64,000 nt of DNA, from assembly GCA_031402355.1 (NCBI GenBank), contig JANNSG010000085.1:6027-70026 (forward strand), given 5' to 3'. Origin of the DNA: Pseudorhodobacter sp. Lineage in GTDB: Bacteria > Pseudomonadota > Alphaproteobacteria > Rhodobacterales > Rhodobacteraceae. Each line of letters starts with the position of its first letter. The stretch's first letter is position 1. A model generated the notes under the pieces. It was not told the DNA's origin. It saw nothing but the letters and a program-made list of their open reading frames with translations, and searched no databases. Below are positions 50,066 through 60,702 of this stretch, piece by piece. Both the position numbers and the translations under genes were made by a program.

Positions 50066-51403
50066 TCAGGGGCAGAAAAGATCATTGGTCAGGGCAAAAG
50101 CCATCAGACCCAGCAAGGCCGTCAACCCTATGCCCATCAGCAGCCGCAACGCCCGTTCCGGAGGTGGCCGGCCGGTCAGTGCTTCGAAGGCGTGAAAGAC
50201 CAGATGCCCGCCATCCAGAACCGGAATCGGGAACAGATTCAGCAGGCCCACCGACGTGGACAGCAAGGCAATCAGCAAAATGAAGCTTTCGATGCCCTGT
50301 CGCGCCGCGTCGCCAGAGACTTTGGCGATGCCGATCGGGCCGCTGACGTTGCAGCTTGACACCTGACCGGTAGCAATATGCCACAAGAAGGACAGGTTGG
50401 TGGTGCCGGCTTGCCAAGTGCGTTCGACTGCCAGAGAAGCGGCTTCGACAAGCCCCGGTGTGCGCAGTTCGGGCACAAACATCAGCCCGCCCGACAGGCC
50501 GATCAGCCAGCGGGTTTCAAACCCGCCTTCAGCTTTTGGAAGATCGCGTCGTTGCGGCGTCATGGTCACATCGAATGTCTTGCCCGCGCGCCATACGGTC
50601 AGGTCTACCGGCTTGCCGTCAGACGACACCACAAAGCTGCGCATCTGCTCAAAGGTCGAAACCGGCGTGCCGTTGACAGCAAGAATGACATCCGCGGCTT
50701 CAATCCCGGCCAGACTGGCGGCCCAGCGCGGCGTGACCCCGTCAACGATGGGGGGAAACGGATGCGGACCGGCGACAGTGATGTCCTGACCCGCCCGGCT
50801 GATGCGGTAATCAACCGTCGGCGTCGCCGGAAGAGTGCGTGTATTTTCGACAAGACTGTCGAAATCAGGCGTCAAAATTCCTGCGACAGAAAGGATCTGA
50901 TCGCCGGGCAACAGGCTTTGCGCGTCAAATGGCATAGGTTTGGTTGCGCCGACAATTGGCAGCTTGGCAGCTACGCCAAAAGCCAGAAAAAGGCCAAAAA
51001 ACACGACAATCGACAAGATGAAATTGAAGATCGGGCCGGCCGCAACTGTCGCCGAACGCGCCCAAAGCGGTGCCCCGTGCATGGTGCGACGACGCTCAGC
51101 TTCGGTCAGACGGGATAACTTTGCGCCATCCTTGCCAGATGCGGCATCGGCATCCCCGAGGAATTTGACATATCCGCCAAGCGGTAATAGGGCGAATTGC
51201 CACCGCGTTCCGTGTTTGTCTTTGCGGGAATACAACACCGGGCCAAACCCCAGGCTGAACACTTCGGCATGAATGCCCGACCACCTGCCTACGATGTAGT
51301 GACCGTATTCATGCACGGCCACAATGACGGACAACGCCAGTATGAACGCAAGCAACGTCCAGATCAAACCACCAAAAGCCGGAAGCAACCCAACAAGATC
51401 CAC
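50066..51403 (-). CDS. rseP: RIP zinc metalloprotease RseP
   Basis: HEYGHY motif in TM1, PDZ region and C-terminal NLFPIPVLDGGH motif. Confidence 0.92.
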   Translation of the reverse strand: MDLVGLLPAFGGLIWTLLAFILALSVIVAVHEYGHYIVGRWSGIHAEVFSLGFGPVLYSRKDKHGTRWQFALLPLGGYVKFLGDADAASGKDGAKLSRLTEAERRRTMHGAPLWARSATVAAGPIFNFILSIVVFFGLFLAFGVAAKLPIVGATKPMPFDAQSLLPGDQILSVAGILTPDFDSLVENTRTLPATPTVDYRISRAGQDITVAGPHPFPPIVDGVTPRWAASLAGIEAADVILAVNGTPVSTFEQMRSFVVSSDGKPVDLTVWRAGKTFDVTMTPQRRDLPKAEGGFETRWLIGLSGGLMFVPELRTPGLVEAASLAVERTWQAGTTNLSFLWHIATGQVSSCNVSGPIGIAKVSGDAARQGIESFILLIALLSTSVGLLNLFPIPVLDGGHLVFHAFEALTGRPPPERALRLLMGIGLTALLGLMAFALTNDLFCP

Positions 51404-51406
51404 GCT

Positions 51407-52591
51407 TTAACGCCCCTTTTGCCACGTCTGCACAAATTCTTCTGCCCTTACCCGAGCAAGATGATCCGCGCCTTGTACATCTTCAAGGGTCAGATCGGCT
51501 TTTCCGAGATCCGTCTCGGCTTGCAGCCTGTTCAGCGTGTCTTCTACCAGACCGCTCATGTCAAGAAAACCGATGCGCCCGGCGATAAAGTGATCCAGTG
51601 CTATCTCTTTGCCGGCATTGAACACCGCCCCTGCCAGACCGCGTGTCTGCATGACCTGACGGGCAAGGCGAAGCGCGGGGTAGCGCGCCTCATCCGGGGC
51701 GAGGAACGACAGTTTGCCAAGCGCTGCAAAATCCAGCCGCGCCACGGGAAGCGGATCGCGGTCGGGGTGGTTCAGGGCGTAGCCGATGGCGTGGCGCATG
51801 TCGGGGGCCCCCAGATGAGCCATGACCGCGCCATCATGAAAACCAATCATGGAATGGATCAGCGATTCGGGATGAATGATCACCTCGATCTGGTCCGGCC
51901 TGACATTGAAGAACTCTCGGGTTTCGATGACTTCCAGCGCCTTGTTGAACATGGAGGCAGAATCGATGGTGATGCGTTGACCCATCGCCCAATTCGGATG
52001 GGCCAGAGCCTGCTGCAGGGTGGCGGTTGCCAGCTGTTCGATCGGCCAGTCGCGCAAAGCGCCGCCCGATGCAGTCAGGATGATACGCTCAACCGCCTGG
52101 ATGTCTTCGCCGGTCAGGGCTTGAAAAATGGCGGAATGTTCGCTGTCCACCGGCAGAATCGTGGCCCCGTGCTGTGCCGCCGCAGCCATCAGCAAAGGCC
52201 CCGCCGTAACAAGACTTTCCTTGTTGGCAAGCGCCAATGTCCTGCCATGGCGCAGGGCGCGAAAGCCAGGTTCAAGCCCGGCCGCCCCGACGATGCATGA
52301 CATGACCCAATCAGCGGGACGGTCTGCTGCGTCCAGTATTGCGGCGGTTCCGGCGGCCACCTGAATGTCTGTGCCCGCCAAAGCGCTGCGCAGATCATCA
52401 AGGCAATCGTTATGCGCAGTTACCGCAAATTCAGCCCGCAAGGCACGCGCCATTTCCGCCAGACGCGCCACATTGCGACCGCCGGTCAAGGCCACGGTCC
52501 GGTAGCGGCCCGGCCCGCCCTGGCGCATCACAAGATCAAAGGTATTCTCACCAACAGACCCGGTCACACCAAAGATGGAAATGCTGCGCAT
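51407..52591 (-). CDS. dxr: 1-deoxy-D-xylulose 5-phosphate reductoisomerase
   Basis: ISIFGVTGSVG NADPH motif, with LANKESLV and VDSEHSAIFQ motifs. Confidence 0.93.
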   Translation of the reverse strand: MRSISIFGVTGSVGENTFDLVMRQGGPGRYRTVALTGGRNVARLAEMARALRAEFAVTAHNDCLDDLRSALAGTDIQVAAGTAAILDAADRPADWVMSCIVGAAGLEPGFRALRHGRTLALANKESLVTAGPLLMAAAAQHGATILPVDSEHSAIFQALTGEDIQAVERIILTASGGALRDWPIEQLATATLQQALAHPNWAMGQRITIDSASMFNKALEVIETREFFNVRPDQIEVIIHPESLIHSMIGFHDGAVMAHLGAPDMRHAIGYALNHPDRDPLPVARLDFAALGKLSFLAPDEARYPALRLARQVMQTRGLAGAVFNAGKEIALDHFIAGRIGFLDMSGLVEDTLNRLQAETDLGKADLTLEDVQGADHLARVRAEEFVQTWQKGR

Positions 52592-52596
52592 CTGGG

Positions 52597-53397
52597 TCAG
52601 GCCCCGGTTGGCAGCGGCAAAGACCAGATAAGCCCGAGCACGATCACGGCAACCACTGCACCGATCACCGCATCAAACCGGTCCAGCACGCCGCCATGGC
52701 CGGGGATCAGGTGCGAGCTGTCTTTCACGCCGGCGCGGCGTTTGATCCAGCTTTCGGCAATATCGCCCATTTGGCCGGCAAAAGACACAAAAGCTGACAG
52801 CACGATCAAGCCCCAACCTGCCGTGCCGTACATGACAAAGCCAAGACCGACCAGGGCCGCGCCCAGCCACCCCGCTATGGTGCCGGACCATGTTTTCTTG
52901 GGGCTGATTGCCGGCCAGAATTTCGGGCCACCCAAAGTGCGGCCAGCAAAGTAGCCCGCGACATCAGACACCACGACAACGCCGATCAGCCAGATCAGGG
53001 TGACTATGCCCGCGTCATTGCGCAGCGCAATCAGGCCATATCCCGCAGTCAGAATGGCAGCACCGTACAGGACTGAAATCAGCGCGTCTTTGCGCGCCGC
53101 AAACCAGATCAGACCAAGCGGCAGCGCCAGAAGGCTGGTTCGCGCGGGCCAGTCCAGCATCAAACTGGCCATCAACATGGCAGCTGCCACAATCGCCACG
53201 ATGATCGCCAGCACGGGCGTCCGGGCCCCGGTCATCATCATCAGTTCCCAGACCAGCAAACCGGTCAGCACGACGATCAGGGCCGCGAAGGGAACACCGC
53301 CCGCCCAGATATCGGCCACCCCGACGGCCAACATCACAACCGCCGAAATCACCCGCGTGCGCAGATCATTCCAGCGCCCCGCCGAAGGATCGGTCAT
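52597..53397 (-). CDS. cdsA: Phosphatidate cytidylyltransferase
   Basis: Polytopic membrane protein with C-terminal signature KRRAGVKDSSHLIPGHGGVLDRFD. ATGA overlap with uppS. Confidence 0.9.
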   Translation of the reverse strand: MTDPSAGRWNDLRTRVISAVVMLAVGVADIWAGGVPFAALIVVLTGLLVWELMMMTGARTPVLAIIVAIVAAAMLMASLMLDWPARTSLLALPLGLIWFAARKDALISVLYGAAILTAGYGLIALRNDAGIVTLIWLIGVVVVSDVAGYFAGRTLGGPKFWPAISPKKTWSGTIAGWLGAALVGLGFVMYGTAGWGLIVLSAFVSFAGQMGDIAESWIKRRAGVKDSSHLIPGHGGVLDRFDAVIGAVVAVIVLGLIWSLPLPTGA

Positions 53398-54137
53398 GCC
53401 TGCAAGACCCCGCCGTAGCGGCGTTCGCGGTTGCCAAATCGCTGGACGATCATCGCCAGTTCTTGCGGTGTGAAATCCGGCCAAAGCGTTTGGGTGAATT
53501 CATATTCCGCATAGGCCGCCTGCCAGGGCAGGAAATTCGACGTGCGGGTTTCGCCACTGGTGCGGATCACCAGATCGGGATCAGGCAGATCGTCGGTATC
53601 CAGATGGGCGGTAAAGCTGGTCTCATCGACATCGCAGGCAGCGATCCGCCCCTCGGCGACATCACGGGCGACAGCGGCAACAGCCCTGACAATTTCGTCG
53701 CGTCCGCCGTAATTGATGGCGACTGTCAGGTTCAACCGGGATAACCCCATGGTGCGCGCTTCGATGCTTGACATCAGGCGTTGCAGCTTTGGATCCAACC
53801 GGGTGCGATCGCCGATAAAGCGCATGCGCACCCCTTCTGCGGCAAGCCGGTCTGCCTCGCGCTGAATATAGCGCGAAAAGATCGACATCAGACCCAGAAC
53901 CTCTTCGGTGGATCGCTTCCAGTTTTCGGTTGAAAAGGCATAGATCGTCAGCCAGCGGATCCCTAGATCGGGGGCGCAGCGCACGATTTCTTTCACCCGC
54001 TCGGCGCCTTTTCGGTGGCCGATCAGCCGGGGCCATCCGCGATTGGTTGCCCAGCGACCATTGCCATCCATGATGATGGCAACATGCTCCGCCGGGCGCG
54101 GATACTGGGATTTGTCGGTGTTGTCTTTCGCGGCCAA
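53394..54137 (-). CDS. uppS: Undecaprenyl diphosphate synthase (isoprenyl transferase)
   Basis: HVAIIMDGNGRWA and IRTSGETRTSNFLPWQ motifs. Confidence 0.93.
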   Translation of the reverse strand: MAAKDNTDKSQYPRPAEHVAIIMDGNGRWATNRGWPRLIGHRKGAERVKEIVRCAPDLGIRWLTIYAFSTENWKRSTEEVLGLMSIFSRYIQREADRLAAEGVRMRFIGDRTRLDPKLQRLMSSIEARTMGLSRLNLTVAINYGGRDEIVRAVAAVARDVAEGRIAACDVDETSFTAHLDTDDLPDPDLVIRTSGETRTSNFLPWQAAYAEYEFTQTLWPDFTPQELAMIVQRFGNRERRYGGVLQA

Positions 54138-54169
54138 GCCGGAAACCTTTCAATTCATCAATAAACGGG

Positions 54170-54736
54170 TCAAATCTGCATGATCTCGTGCTGTTTGTGA
54201 TCCAGTTGCCGGTCAACGGCCAAAATTGCCTTGTCTGTCAGATCCTGCACCTCGTCGGCCCACATCTTCTGGTCATCTACGCCCATGCCGGCGGTTTTGG
54301 CCTTCTTGATCTGGTCCATGCCATCGCGGCGCACATTGCGGATCGCGACTTTTGCGCTTTCGGCATAGCCTGAGGCAACTTTGGACAGTTGCTTGCGACG
54401 TTCTTCATTCAGTTCGGGGATCGGCAGCCGGATCAACGGGCCATCCACTACGGGATTGATGCCGATGCCAGAATCGCGAATGGCGCGTTCCACCTTGGTG
54501 ACCATCGCCTTGTCCCAGACATTGATGACCACCATGCGGGGTTCCGGCACATTGACGGTTCCCAGCTGGTTGATCGGCGTCATCTGGCCATAGGATTCGA
54601 CCATGATGGGGTCAAGTATCGACGCCGAAGCGCGCCCCGTGCGCAGCGATGCAAATTCCGTCTTCAGCGCAGTCATCGCCCCATCCATGCGGCGCTGGAT
54701 CGCGTCCAGATCAATTTCAGTTGCGTCTTGCGACAT
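54170..54736 (-). CDS. frr: Ribosome recycling factor
   Basis: 188 aa. [20 protein letters not shown] and RNVRRDGMD motifs. Confidence 0.95.
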   Translation of the reverse strand: MSQDATEIDLDAIQRRMDGAMTALKTEFASLRTGRASASILDPIMVESYGQMTPINQLGTVNVPEPRMVVINVWDKAMVTKVERAIRDSGIGINPVVDGPLIRLPIPELNEERRKQLSKVASGYAESAKVAIRNVRRDGMDQIKKAKTAGMGVDDQKMWADEVQDLTDKAILAVDRQLDHKQHEIMQI

Positions 54737-54810
54737 CGAAGCCTCGTCAGAATTGCACTGGCGCTTATGTCACGCCCTATAGCAGGAAGGTTAACAAAAA
54801 ATACAGGTTT

Positions 54811-55545
54811 TCAACCGTGTACCCGCGTATATGTACCTTTTCCGTTCAAAATGCCACGAAATCCGCCCGGTTCGTCCAGTGAAAACACGATAATCGGCAA
54901 ATTATTGTCACGCGCCAGTGCAATGGCCGACGCATCCATGACGCCCAGATGCTTTTGCAAGACTTCATCGTAGGTCACAGTGTCATAGCGTTTGGCGTCG
55001 GCATGTTTCTTTGGATCCTTGTCATAGACGCCGTCAACCTTGGTGCCTTTGAAGATCGCTTCGCAGGCCATTTCATTGGCGCGCAGGGTGGCTGCGGTAT
55101 CGGTCGTGAAATAGGGGTTGCCGGTACCGGCCGCGAAAATGCAGACGCGCTGCTTTTCCAAATGGCGCACCGCGCGGCGGCGGATATAGGGTTCGCAGAC
55201 CTGATCCATCGGGATGGCCGAGATGACGCGGGTAAACACCCCCACTGATTCAAGTGCTGCTTGCATGGCGAGGGCGTTCATCACGGTCGCAAGCATTCCC
55301 ATGTAATCTGCGGTTGTCCGCTCCATCCCCTGAGCCGAGCCTTGCAGGCCGCGAAAGATATTGCCGCCACCAATCACCATGCAGATCTCGACACCCAGAT
55401 CATGCACCGATTTCACCTCGGCGGCGATACGCTGCACGGTGGGCGGATGCAGGCCGTAGCCTTGATCCCCCATCAGCGCTTCGCCCGATATCTTGAGCAT
55501 GACACGGCGGTATTTGCTGGCGGAAGCGCTGCCCGATTGCGACAT
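54811..55545 (-). CDS. pyrH: UMP kinase
   Basis: [14 protein letters not shown]-terminus and the GGGNIFRG motif. The track ORF is extended to 55614. Confidence 0.93.
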   Translation of the reverse strand: MSQSGSASASKYRRVMLKISGEALMGDQGYGLHPPTVQRIAAEVKSVHDLGVEICMVIGGGNIFRGLQGSAQGMERTTADYMGMLATVMNALAMQAALESVGVFTRVISAIPMDQVCEPYIRRRAVRHLEKQRVCIFAAGTGNPYFTTDTAATLRANEMACEAIFKGTKVDGVYDKDPKKHADAKRYDTVTYDEVLQKHLGVMDASAIALARDNNLPIIVFSLDEPGGFRGILNGKGTYTRVHG

Positions 55546-55724
55546 GGGACGATGACCTTTTTGGTTTTTGATTTGACTGGCGCGCAAAATGTCGGAAAAC
55601 CCGGCCATGTTCAACGGCTAAGACTGTGCAATCGCATGGCTGACGCCGATTGATCGTAAAGGAAGCGCCAGGGGCCAGCCCCGCGGCCATTGTTCTCTCG
55701 GACCAATGGCGATAACACTGACTG

Positions 55725-55752
55725 CCCCCAGGATATTTGGACCAGAATGAAC
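55725..55752 (-). repeat. REP-like repeat, copy E (degenerate), overlapping the proposed miaA start
   Basis: CCCCCAGGATATTTGGACCAGAATGAAC aligns with copies C and D (CGAGGATATTTTTGAACAGATGAAAGG). Confidence 0.45.
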
Positions 55753-56640
55753 ACGGGATGGATCAACCATGTGCTGCCAGGGATCTCACGATCCGCGCCA
55801 GTGCTGATTGCGGGGCCTACGGCAAGCGGGAAATCGGCGCTGGCACTGGCGGTGGCCAAGCGGGACGGCCGGACCATCGTGAACGCGGATGCGCTGCAGG
55901 TCTATTCGCGGTGGCAGATCCTGACGGCGCGACCCAGTGCCGAGGATGAGGCGGCGGCACCGCATCGTCTTTATGGCCATATCGGGCGCGATACCCCTTA
56001 TTCCGTCGGGCATTGGCTGCGCGAGGTGGCAGACGTTCTTGCAGCGGGCAGCCCGGTCGTGGTGGTCGGCGGCAGCGGGTTGAACTTTACTGCGCTGACC
56101 GAGGGGCTGACCGAAATACCACAGACCCCGCCCGGCATACGGGAGGTCGCGGACAGGCGCCGTCTTGGCGGTGGTATCGCCGGCTTGCTGGCCGAGCTTG
56201 ATGCCGCCACCGCAGCCCGGATCGACCGGGCCAATCCGGCGCGGGTGCAGCGCGCCTGGGAGGTCTTGCAGACCACCGGGCGCGGGCTGGCCGACTGGCA
56301 TCAAAGTACTGCCCCGGCACTGGTTCCGCTGAACGGTGCCGAGGCGCTGGTGGTGCAGGTCGATGTCGCCGCATTGAACGCGCGCATCGACCAGCGATTT
56401 GACGCCATGATGGCAAACGGCGCGCTAAAGGAAGCCGCCGCCGAATTGCCGTTCTGGCAACCTGATCTGCCCTCAGCCCGGGCGATCGGAGCGGCCGAGC
56501 TGATAGGCCATCTGCGCGGCGAGACCGACAAGGAGACAGCCGTCGCCGCTGCAAAACTGGCGTCGCGCCAGTATGCCAAACGTCAGCGCAGCTGGTTGCG
56601 CAGCAAAATGGCCGGTTGGCGGGACCTGCCCCTGCCCTGA
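55747..56640 (+). CDS. miaA: tRNA dimethylallyltransferase
   Basis: P-loop GPTASGKSALAL. The start is uncertain (55747 or 55690). Confidence 0.88.
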   Translation: MNTGWINHVLPGISRSAPVLIAGPTASGKSALALAVAKRDGRTIVNADALQVYSRWQILTARPSAEDEAAAPHRLYGHIGRDTPYSVGHWLREVADVLAAGSPVVVVGGSGLNFTALTEGLTEIPQTPPGIREVADRRRLGGGIAGLLAELDAATAARIDRANPARVQRAWEVLQTTGRGLADWHQSTAPALVPLNGAEALVVQVDVAALNARIDQRFDAMMANGALKEAAAELPFWQPDLPSARAIGAAELIGHLRGETDKETAVAAAKLASRQYAKRQRSWLRSKMAGWRDLPLP

Positions 56641-56753
56641 AAGGCGCAATTTCGCACCGAAAGCCAACTCGTTCACATCCCGGACATCTTTTTGCTTGGG
56701 TTGCAGGCCAAGGCCAGTTTAACATAAGCAGAACTGGGTCCGGAATCTTCCTC

Positions 56754-57554
56754 ATGCAAGACATAACAGCGCCGTCTCAATTGCGGCTTGTCGCCGTGCC
56801 GCGCCTTGCGGCTGGCGGTCGCTGGCGTGTGGAAGCGATGCGGTCGATTTCCGAGCCTTGCTTGCTGTGGTTTACCAAAGGCCAAGGCCGCATCACCATT
56901 GCCGGGGTTACGCGCGGCTACACGGCGCATAATGCAATCTATATTCCACCCGGTGTCATGCACGGCTTTGAAGTGGGCCCACAGGTCTTTGGCACCGCCG
57001 TATTTTTTGGCCGCGATCACAAAGTCACCCTGCCCGACGGCCCTTTGCATCTGCGCATCCGCGAAGTTCATGCCCAGCAGGAATTGAATGGCGCCCTGGA
57101 CAACATACAGCGCGAACTGGACAGCGACAGCCCGGCGCACGAGCGGGCCGCCCGGCACTATCTTGGGCTGCTTGGTGTCTGGCTGGAACGTCAGGCCTCG
57201 CGCATTGTCGAAGACACGCCGCGCCCCGATGCCACCCGGCGCCTTGTTGCCCGCTATTCGACCCTGCTGGAGCGTGAGTTCCGCTCTGGCATGGGGGTCA
57301 GCGAATTCGCGGCAGCACTTGGCGTGACATCGACCCATCTTACACGTTGCTGCCAGACCACCTGCGGCAGACCCGCATCGGCCCTGCTGCAGGACCGGCG
57401 CATTTTCGAGGCGCGCCGCTTGCTGAGCGAGACCCGAATACCGGTGGGGCAGATCGGTGAAAGCCTTGGCTTTGCTTCTGCTGCTTATTTCACCCGCGCC
57501 TTTCAACACGTGACAGGCAAGTCGCCTTCGGCATTTCGCCGGGCCCAGCAATAG
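56754..57554 (+). CDS. AraC family transcriptional regulator
   Basis: N-terminal cupin-like region and C-terminal double HTH (SEFAAALGVTSTHLTRCC...IGESLGFASAAYFTRAFQ). Start trimmed to avoid overlap with miaA. Confidence 0.8.
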   Translation: MQDITAPSQLRLVAVPRLAAGGRWRVEAMRSISEPCLLWFTKGQGRITIAGVTRGYTAHNAIYIPPGVMHGFEVGPQVFGTAVFFGRDHKVTLPDGPLHLRIREVHAQQELNGALDNIQRELDSDSPAHERAARHYLGLLGVWLERQASRIVEDTPRPDATRRLVARYSTLLEREFRSGMGVSEFAAALGVTSTHLTRCCQTTCGRPASALLQDRRIFEARRLLSETRIPVGQIGESLGFASAAYFTRAFQHVTGKSPSAFRRAQQ

Positions 57555-57595
57555 GCGCAGACTTTTACCAATTGGTTAAGAACGACATTTGTAGT

Positions 57596-57657
57596 CCTAG
57601 ACCGTCAAAGTCTGTCGCAAAGAGACCAAAGAAAGTCGAATTTCGGCCTAGACGTCA
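57596..57657 (+). promoter_or_regulatory. Direct repeats CCTAGAC(C)GTCA x2, a candidate AraC-type binding site
   Basis: CCTAGACCGTCA at 57596..57607 and CCTAGACGTCA at 57647..57657, with starts 51 nt apart. They lie between the AraC gene and the transporter operon. Confidence 0.35.
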
Positions 57658-57813
57658 GCACCAAAAAGCTACCCAATGACCAAGTGACGCAATTGCCGCT
57701 TGCTGTAATGGCCCATTTGTTCCAACGCCTGAAAGACATGCGGGGCCGTGCCCGAATTAGCGACATTCAACCAAACAGACTGTTCAAAAAAAACGCCTGA
57801 CAGGGAGAAAACA

Positions 57814-59505
57814 ATGACAGAGTCAAATTCGACCGACGTTCTACACCCAGCCGCAACAATGTATCTGGGTGAATTTCGCGCAGGCAAGCTGAGCCGCCGC
57901 GAATTCATGACCCGCACCACAGCTCTGGGCGTCAGCGCCGCCGCCGCTTATGGGCTGATTGGTCTGACAAGCCCGGCCGCCGCACAAGACGCAACTGTTG
58001 GCGGCATTCTGCGCATCGGCATGGAAACCAAGGCCCTGAAAGACCCGCGCACCGCAGACTGGCCACAGATTGCCAACGTCTATCGTGGCTGGCTGGAATA
58101 TCTTGTCCAGTACAACCCCGATGGCAGCTTTGAAGGGCGTTTGCTGGAAAGCTACGAGGCCAATGCTGACGCAACCGAATATACGTTGAAAGTGCGCTCG
58201 GGCGTGACCTGGAACAATGGCGATGCGTTCACTGCCGATGATGTGGTGCGCATGTTCGGCCGTTGGACCGACGGCTCGGTCGAGGGCAATGCCATGGCTT
58301 CGCGCTTTGGCGGGCTGATCGAATCGGTGCCAATGGTAGACGCAGCCGGTGCGGCTGTGGTTGACGAAGCAGGTGCGCCCAAGACGGTATCGCAGATGCG
58401 CGCAGGCTCAGTCGTCAAGGTAGACGACATGACCGTCAAACTGATGATGTCGGCGTCCGATGTGGCCGTGGTTGCCAACCTCGCCGATTATCCGGCAGCT
58501 ATGGTCCATTCGTCCTATGTCGAAGGAACCGATCCTGCGACCAACGCGATTGGCACTGGGCCCTACATTCCGGGCGAAATCGCCGTCGGCCAGAAAATGA
58601 CGCTGGTGCGCGCGCCGAACCACACCTGGTGGGGTGGTACGGCTCCGTTGGACGAAATCCAGTACATCGACTTCGGCACCGACCCGTCTGCCATGGTGGC
58701 ATTGGCTGGCGAAGGCGGTATTGACTGCAACTACGAATCAACAGGCGACTATATCGACCTGCTGGACGGTATGGGCTGGGTCAAGCTGGAGGCGGTTACT
58801 GCCTCGACCATCGTTGTGCGGATGAACTCCAACAACGAGCTTTACAAGGACAAGGCCGTCCGTCAGGCGATCCAAAAGGCAGTTGACCCGAGTGTCGTTC
58901 TGGAACTGGGTTACAATGGTCTGGGAACAACGGCAGAAAACCACCATGCCTGCCCGGTTCACCCAGAATATGCCAAGCTTCCGGCACAGGTGATTGATGC
59001 CGCCGGACTGATGCCCGCACTGGAAGCGGCCGGCATCAAGGACACCGAGTTCGAGATCATCTCACTGGACGATGGCTGGGAAGCGGCGACAACCGACGCC
59101 GTTGCTGCTCAGTTGCGCGACGCCGGCATGACGATCAAACGCACCGTGATGCCGGGATCGACCTTCTGGAATGACTGGCAGAAATACCCGTTCTCTTCGA
59201 CCACCTGGAACCACCGCCCGCTGGCTGTGCAGAACATGGACTATGCCTACACGTCCAAAGGGTCATGGAATGAAACCGGCATGGCAAATGCCGATTTTGA
59301 TGCGGCTATGATCAAGGCTCTGTCGCTTGCCGACGCCGAAGCGCGCCGCGAAGTGATGGTGACACTGGAGACGATTCTGCAAGACGAGGGTTATATCATC
59401 AACCCGTTCTGGCGGTCGCTTTACCGTCACGCGCGTGAAGGTGTGAATATCGACATGCACCCATCGTTTGAACACCACCATTACAAATGGTCGATCTCGG
59501 CCTGA
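57814..59505 (+). CDS. ABC transporter substrate-binding protein, family 5 (peptide/nickel/opine type), Tat signal
   Basis: [40 protein letters not shown] twin-arginine signal. About 560-aa mature SBP_bac_5-like body. Confidence 0.8.
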   Translation: MTESNSTDVLHPAATMYLGEFRAGKLSRREFMTRTTALGVSAAAAYGLIGLTSPAAAQDATVGGILRIGMETKALKDPRTADWPQIANVYRGWLEYLVQYNPDGSFEGRLLESYEANADATEYTLKVRSGVTWNNGDAFTADDVVRMFGRWTDGSVEGNAMASRFGGLIESVPMVDAAGAAVVDEAGAPKTVSQMRAGSVVKVDDMTVKLMMSASDVAVVANLADYPAAMVHSSYVEGTDPATNAIGTGPYIPGEIAVGQKMTLVRAPNHTWWGGTAPLDEIQYIDFGTDPSAMVALAGEGGIDCNYESTGDYIDLLDGMGWVKLEAVTASTIVVRMNSNNELYKDKAVRQAIQKAVDPSVVLELGYNGLGTTAENHHACPVHPEYAKLPAQVIDAAGLMPALEAAGIKDTEFEIISLDDGWEAATTDAVAAQLRDAGMTIKRTVMPGSTFWNDWQKYPFSSTTWNHRPLAVQNMDYAYTSKGSWNETGMANADFDAAMIKALSLADAEARREVMVTLETILQDEGYIINPFWRSLYRHAREGVNIDMHPSFEHHHYKWSISA

Positions 59506-59521
59506 TCTGCCATCCGAAATC

Positions 59522-59545
59522 GGGCGCGCCGCATCAGGCGCGCCC
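59522..59545 (+). terminator. Intercistronic GC hairpin after the SBP gene
   Basis: GGGCGCGCC-gcatca-GGCGCGCCC with no T tract. An alternative pairing is 59533..59542 with 59557..59566. Confidence 0.4.
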
Positions 59546-59610
59546 CACCAAATAGCCGCGCCTGATCCAACGGGCCAAGCGGGTATCACCGACGATGGGG
59601 AGTGTCGGAT

Positions 59611-60696
59611 ATGCTGAAATTTGTAGCGCGCCGGTCTGGCGTGATGGTGCTGACTGCGATCGCGTTGACATTCATCGTCTTCTTTCTGACCAACCTTCCA
59701 CCAAATCTTGAAAAACTGGCCCGCACCGAAGGATCGGTCCGGATGACCGATGATCAGGTCACATCCTGGATTGAGGAAAACGGCCATGGCGGTTCGGTCT
59801 TTGGCCGCTATGCACAATGGCTGGGCGTCGCACCGGGCTGGCTGCGCACAGATGAAAAAGGGGTCACTCGGGGCCGCTGCATTGATGACGGTGTGGTTGC
59901 TGAAACAGCGCCACGCTATTGTGGTGTGCTGCAGGGCGACTGGGGATTTTCGACCTTCGCCAAAGAACCGGTCTCCAACTTCCTGGGTGAAAAGCTGGCT
60001 GCTACCGGCTGGCTGATGCTGGCTGTCATGCTGGTGATGGTGCCGACCTCGCTTATCATGGGAATTCTGTCGGGAATGCGCGAAGGATCGCGCACCGACC
60101 GGGTGCTGTCCGCGGGCGCCATCGCCTCGACTGCCACACCGGAATATGTGTCCGGCGTGGTGCTGGTGGCGGCCTTTGCTTCGGCAACCACGGGTCTCTC
60201 GCCCATCCTGAAGGACTGGGGCTGGATTTCCGGCAACACGCTGTTTCTGGGCACCGCCACCTCGGCATCCGACGGCATCACGTTCTGGAATTTCGCGCTG
60301 CCGGTGATCACCATCGCCCTTTACGGCATCGGCTATATCGCCCGGATGACCCGCGCCTCGATGACCGAGGTGATGACCCAGCAATATATCCGCACCGCCC
60401 GCCTAAAAGGCGTGAGTTTTCGCCAGGTGGTGATCCGCCATGCCTTGCGCAATGCCCTGATCGCCCCGTTCACCGTGATCATGCTGCAGTTTCCCTGGCT
60501 GTTGAACGGCGTGGTCATCGTGGAAACCTTGTTTAATTACAAGGGATTCGGCTGGACCTTGGTGCAAGCCGCCGGCAACAACGACATTGAGCTGCTGCTC
60601 GGCTGCTCGGTTGTTGCCGTTCTCGTCGTTCTGGTAACCCAGCTGATTTCCGACATCGGCTATGTGTTCCTGAACCCCCGTATCCGGCTGGCATGA
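59611..60696 (+). CDS. ABC transporter permease (DppB/OppB-like) with enlarged periplasmic loop
   Basis: N-terminal TM, long loop containing GDWGFS (the GDLGxS equivalent) and an EAA-like region YIRTARLKG. A GTG at 59602 is also possible. Confidence 0.8.
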   Translation: MLKFVARRSGVMVLTAIALTFIVFFLTNLPPNLEKLARTEGSVRMTDDQVTSWIEENGHGGSVFGRYAQWLGVAPGWLRTDEKGVTRGRCIDDGVVAETAPRYCGVLQGDWGFSTFAKEPVSNFLGEKLAATGWLMLAVMLVMVPTSLIMGILSGMREGSRTDRVLSAGAIASTATPEYVSGVVLVAAFASATTGLSPILKDWGWISGNTLFLGTATSASDGITFWNFALPVITIALYGIGYIARMTRASMTEVMTQQYIRTARLKGVSFRQVVIRHALRNALIAPFTVIMLQFPWLLNGVVIVETLFNYKGFGWTLVQAAGNNDIELLLGCSVVAVLVVLVTQLISDIGYVFLNPRIRLA

Positions 60697-60702
60697 GGGC
60701 AT

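Noticed and set aside
59263-60384. 373-aa ORF on the minus strand spanning the SBP/permease junction
   Set aside because: It is antisense to two well-supported ABC transporter genes and crosses their intergenic hairpin. It has no SD or motif.
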